Shown here: piece after piece, positions 60,586 to 64,000 of the stretch | Layout: each line of letters begins with the position of its first letter | Numbering within the stretch: the stretch's first letter is position 1 | Origin: Podarcis bocagei | Lineage: Eukaryota | DNA length: 64,000 nt | Strand: one strand, 5' to 3' | Assembly (NCBI GenBank): GCA_964188305.1 | Contig: OZ076885.1 | Translations under genes and position numbers: made by a program | Notes under the pieces: generated by a model | What the model was told of the DNA's origin: nothing | The model's database searches: none | Seen by the model: only the letters and a program-made list of their open reading frames with translations

Positions 60586-63034
60586 GTAATTGTCAAGATT
60601 TTGTATTGGATAGTTGTTGAAGAGGGGGAAAAACTGATGAAGAAAATGGTTTTGGAAGATCTTCAGATCCTGAAAATATTATTCAAATGTTGACAGTCAT
60701 CCAGAGGCACCTCTGTGGATTTCAGTATCGTCTCTGGATTGTTTTGACGCTCTCTCTTAAAAAGAATATAATTTATTCTGTCACTGTTCCTTTGAAAATT
60801 TAAATGCAGCACAATTCACATCCTTGTTGAAACCAAGTCTCTATATAATACCTTATTCTCTCTGCTGTCTGGGTGGGAAAGCATGCTGGTGATGCCACCT
60901 CTTATAATTTTGTGGTTAGCAGGAAAATCCTGACACCCATGTCAGAGATGTTCAAGTGCCCAATTTAAATGAAAAAATACTACCTGGAGGACTGTGATGC
61001 ATCTCTTGAGAACTAATTGTGTTATGGACAACTTCTTCCTAGAAAAATAACTTTGAATTTATTTCCACTTCTGTTAACACCAGCATTTATAAGTAGTCAA
61101 ACAATCCTTTTTGCCTATTACTCTCAAGGACTTGCTTAGTAAAACAGAGAATATTCCTAAACGAAGGAAGAGTGAGAACTTGCACAAATGATTTTATCTC
61201 ATTTTTTTCCTTCTTGTTCTAGTCTGTCCCCTGACCAAATTATTTATATTTGTTTCTTGTTATACAAACCTTACCTTATAGCAAGTTAAAGTATATTCGC
61301 TTTAAAAAGTTTGTCCAAATCATCCTTTCTGTTAAAGAATTTTATTGATACATTGATTCTTGGTTAAGTCTTCTTTAGCTGGCTGCTGAATAATTATCCA
61401 CTTCTCTCTGGAATCAAGTAGCATTTTGCAACACTCCTCAGTTTTAATGTTTGTTACTAGGTTCTGGCACCTGGAGTGCCGGAAAGGTATTAACAGCAAA
61501 ACTGGAGTTAAGTTTGTGTGTGATACATATATATGAAAGAGTGTGTGTGTGTGTGTGTGTGTGTGTCCTATGCATGTATACTCAAAACTTGGGTAAAGGC
61601 ACATAGGATTGCAGCCTAGGTTTTTCATCTCTCAGCTGGTGGTCTGATGTTCCAATTTCCCAGATATAACTTTCCATAATTTACTATGTCACAATTGAAA
61701 TAATATAAAGAAGAAAGATTCTGGTACAGTTCTGCTGTGTATCACGGTCTAGTTGATACATTGCTGATCTTTGTCATTCAAAGCCTGACTTGATTTGGAT
61801 GAATCTTGCTTTTTTTGTTTCTCATTTATTCTATTACATCTCATCATAGCAATAGTACCTTCACACTGGTTTTTAACTTAAAAATAAAATTAAAACAGGT
61901 TTTAAACACTTGCCAGTATTTTTTTCCCCTGTATCCCTGTCCCTAGTATAAATTCTGGTATATACAGGTCCTGACCTAGTATTAGGCAAAGTGAGGCAGT
62001 TAGCTCAGCCAGTGCTAGGGAGATACAGTAGCAGCAACAATCCCACAAGCTGTTCCTGAGCCTTCAGCCCTCACCTGTTAAAGCACAGCTGTGCCACAGG
62101 ATGTTACACCCCCCCCCCGCCAAAAAAGTTTCTAAAGTCTTTCTTAGTAACCTTTGGCTGTTCTTAGGAAAAGCAAATATTTGCTCCTGCATGTAAGACA
62201 ATAAAGGCTGCTGCCCAATGTTATAGTTGCTTCTTTAGATAGTTGCTTCTTTAGAACAAGTGAACTAACTAGATCGGTATCATGTTTTTGAGGGCAAGTC
62301 AAAAAATCTTCCAGGAGCCTGTCTTCTAAAACCTCTGAATGAGGGACAAGGCGGCAAGCCCCAGTTTGTGAACCCCTAAATGCATACTCCAGAGAGACAC
62401 GCAGTGAATCGTAGCTCTTAGACTAGTGTATCCGTCCTGATACATGTGGTTGCAATAATGTTTGTCATATTCTCCTCATATCTCTAGGTGTACAGCACAC
62501 CTAAAAATGCAATGGGCAAAAGGAACCTGAGGTCACTGAAAAGCTAAGCAACCTTCAACTCAGGGATGCTGTCAAAAGATGCCGAATTCTTTAAAGTCAC
62601 TATGATTTATTTATCATTTTTTAATGCCAGAAAATTAAAAGCACACTTCTCAGTTGGCTTCCAAGCCAGACAAACTTCATAGCATGCCATTCCTGTTCTA
62701 GACTTAAAAGTTTTTGGCAGGAGCCAGTGCAACTAGATCAGGGCAAAAATACTGCTCAAAAGCTTCCTCCCACAGCCGATAGCCTTGCTGTCTCAAAGCA
62801 GGGCTAACTGTTTCAGTGTCAAGGGAAAGGGTTAAATACCCCTCTCCTTTTAAAGCTCTAAAAAGATATTGGGAGATCTGATCGCAGATATTCCACATCA
62901 TGTGCTAGGAGGCTTTTGAAAGATAAATCTAAATAAATAAGTTTATGCTTTTATTTTGAAAGATATCTCAACTGACATTCCGTTGCTACAGCACGGTGAG
63001 AAAGAAAGTGAGTTTATTTGCTTTTTGCAGCAAA

Positions 63035-63120
63035 AACAATCTTGTAGCACCTTTAAAGACTAACAGATTTTATGGACTGTAGACCATGAAAGCTTATGCC
63101 GTAATAAAGTTACTGTCTAA
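63035..63120. mobile_element. Penelope-like element terminal remnant
   Basis: aatcttgtagcacctttaaagactaacagattt...gaaagcttatgcc..aataaa resembles reptile Penelope terminal sequence (from recognition only). Confidence 0.4.
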
Positions 63121-64000
63121 ATTGTGGTCAAGTGGACAGAGTAGGGCTTGGAACAAGTTTCATCTGTGCTATGAGCTTATTGTGTAGCCTGGGGGGGGGG
63201 GGAACAGGTGCAGCCTCATATACTCATCTGTGAAATGGCTTTCCTCACAGAGTTGCTCTGAGGATGAACACAATAAATATAATGCACAAAGGATGATAAG
63301 GAGGGGGAACTGGCGAGATCCTGGTTCCCCCTCTACACCTTTGTGCAGGAGGGGATGCAACCATTCACAGCGTCAATTATTTCAGCTGCTGTACCAGTAT
63401 TAATGGGTGAGAATCCTGACTGAGCTGTAAGGCAGTATTGTTATCACTATTACTGCTAGTTCTCTATGAAAAAGCTTAACATTCTACTTTTCAAGTTCAG
63501 AATATTCCTACAGTTTTCGAGTAGTGAACCCTCTACAAAAGAACTGATGTTTTGTTTTGTTTTATAGCTAGGACATGAAATAAACATTTTATTCCTGATT
63601 TATTTATTTATTTCAAAACACGTTTCTCAGCTGAAGATATGGAATATACAAAATACTTTTTATGTGAGTTATTGCAACAAACATGTTCCATGAAATAATT
63701 CTGGATCAGGAACACAAGTAGCTTTTTTACACAAATACATATATATATTTAATATATATTGGATCCTACTTTATGAAGAATGACACCGTTAATTGTATAC
63801 TAGTTGTCAGAATGCCGACGTGCATTTAGATATGTATTCCTTGGGCTCAAAGAGTAGGGCAAGTGTGAGCTGCGCTTTGTCTTCCTCACAAGAGGGGCTT
63901 ATGGCATATGCCTTCATCAGAGGACAGAACTTCAGTCTTGAATGGTAATCAGTTTCTGAATATTTTAAATGGTCCTTTAGCTCTGGTATTTGTAAAAAAA

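Noticed and set aside
63400-64000. 3' end of a convergent downstream gene (ODF3/CIMAP1A expected by human synteny)
   Set aside because: Only minus-strand AATAAA-like hexamers near 63590-63610; no coding exon is recognisable in the window.

Overview
Vertebrate genomic DNA from a squamate reptile. Sauria-type SINEs plus CR1, L2, RTE/BovB and Tc1/mariner and hAT MITEs suggest a lizard, possibly a lacertid (inference). By reading splice sites and checking frames by hand I built six spliced gene models. They are the last three exons of a ficolin/ryncolin-like fibrinogen-domain gene (+), an intact two-exon COX8B-like gene (+, 70 aa, not visible as one ORF in the track), PSMD13 (-, 13 exons, 376 aa), SIRT3 (+, 8 coding exons, about 389 aa), RIC8A (-, 10 coding exons, 544 aa) and BET1L (+, 4 exons, 111 aa). 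The order matches the human 11p15.5 block BET1L-RIC8A-SIRT3-PSMD13-COX8BP, with CpG islands at PSMD13/SIRT3 and at BET1L. The most unusual structures are: (i) a 1.55-kb hAT-type element in PSMD13 intron 2 that appears to carry captured genomic cargo (an L2 RT fragment and a CpG-rich, 5'UTR-like segment); (ii) a Tc1/mariner-type MITE whose interior is an array of 60-bp self-hairpin units; (iii) two different hAT MITEs inserted into the same 8-bp target; and (iv) several intronic hairpins and inverted TE pairs. There is one assembly gap (2795-2941). No database searches were run, so family names for repeats are from recognition and are tentative.
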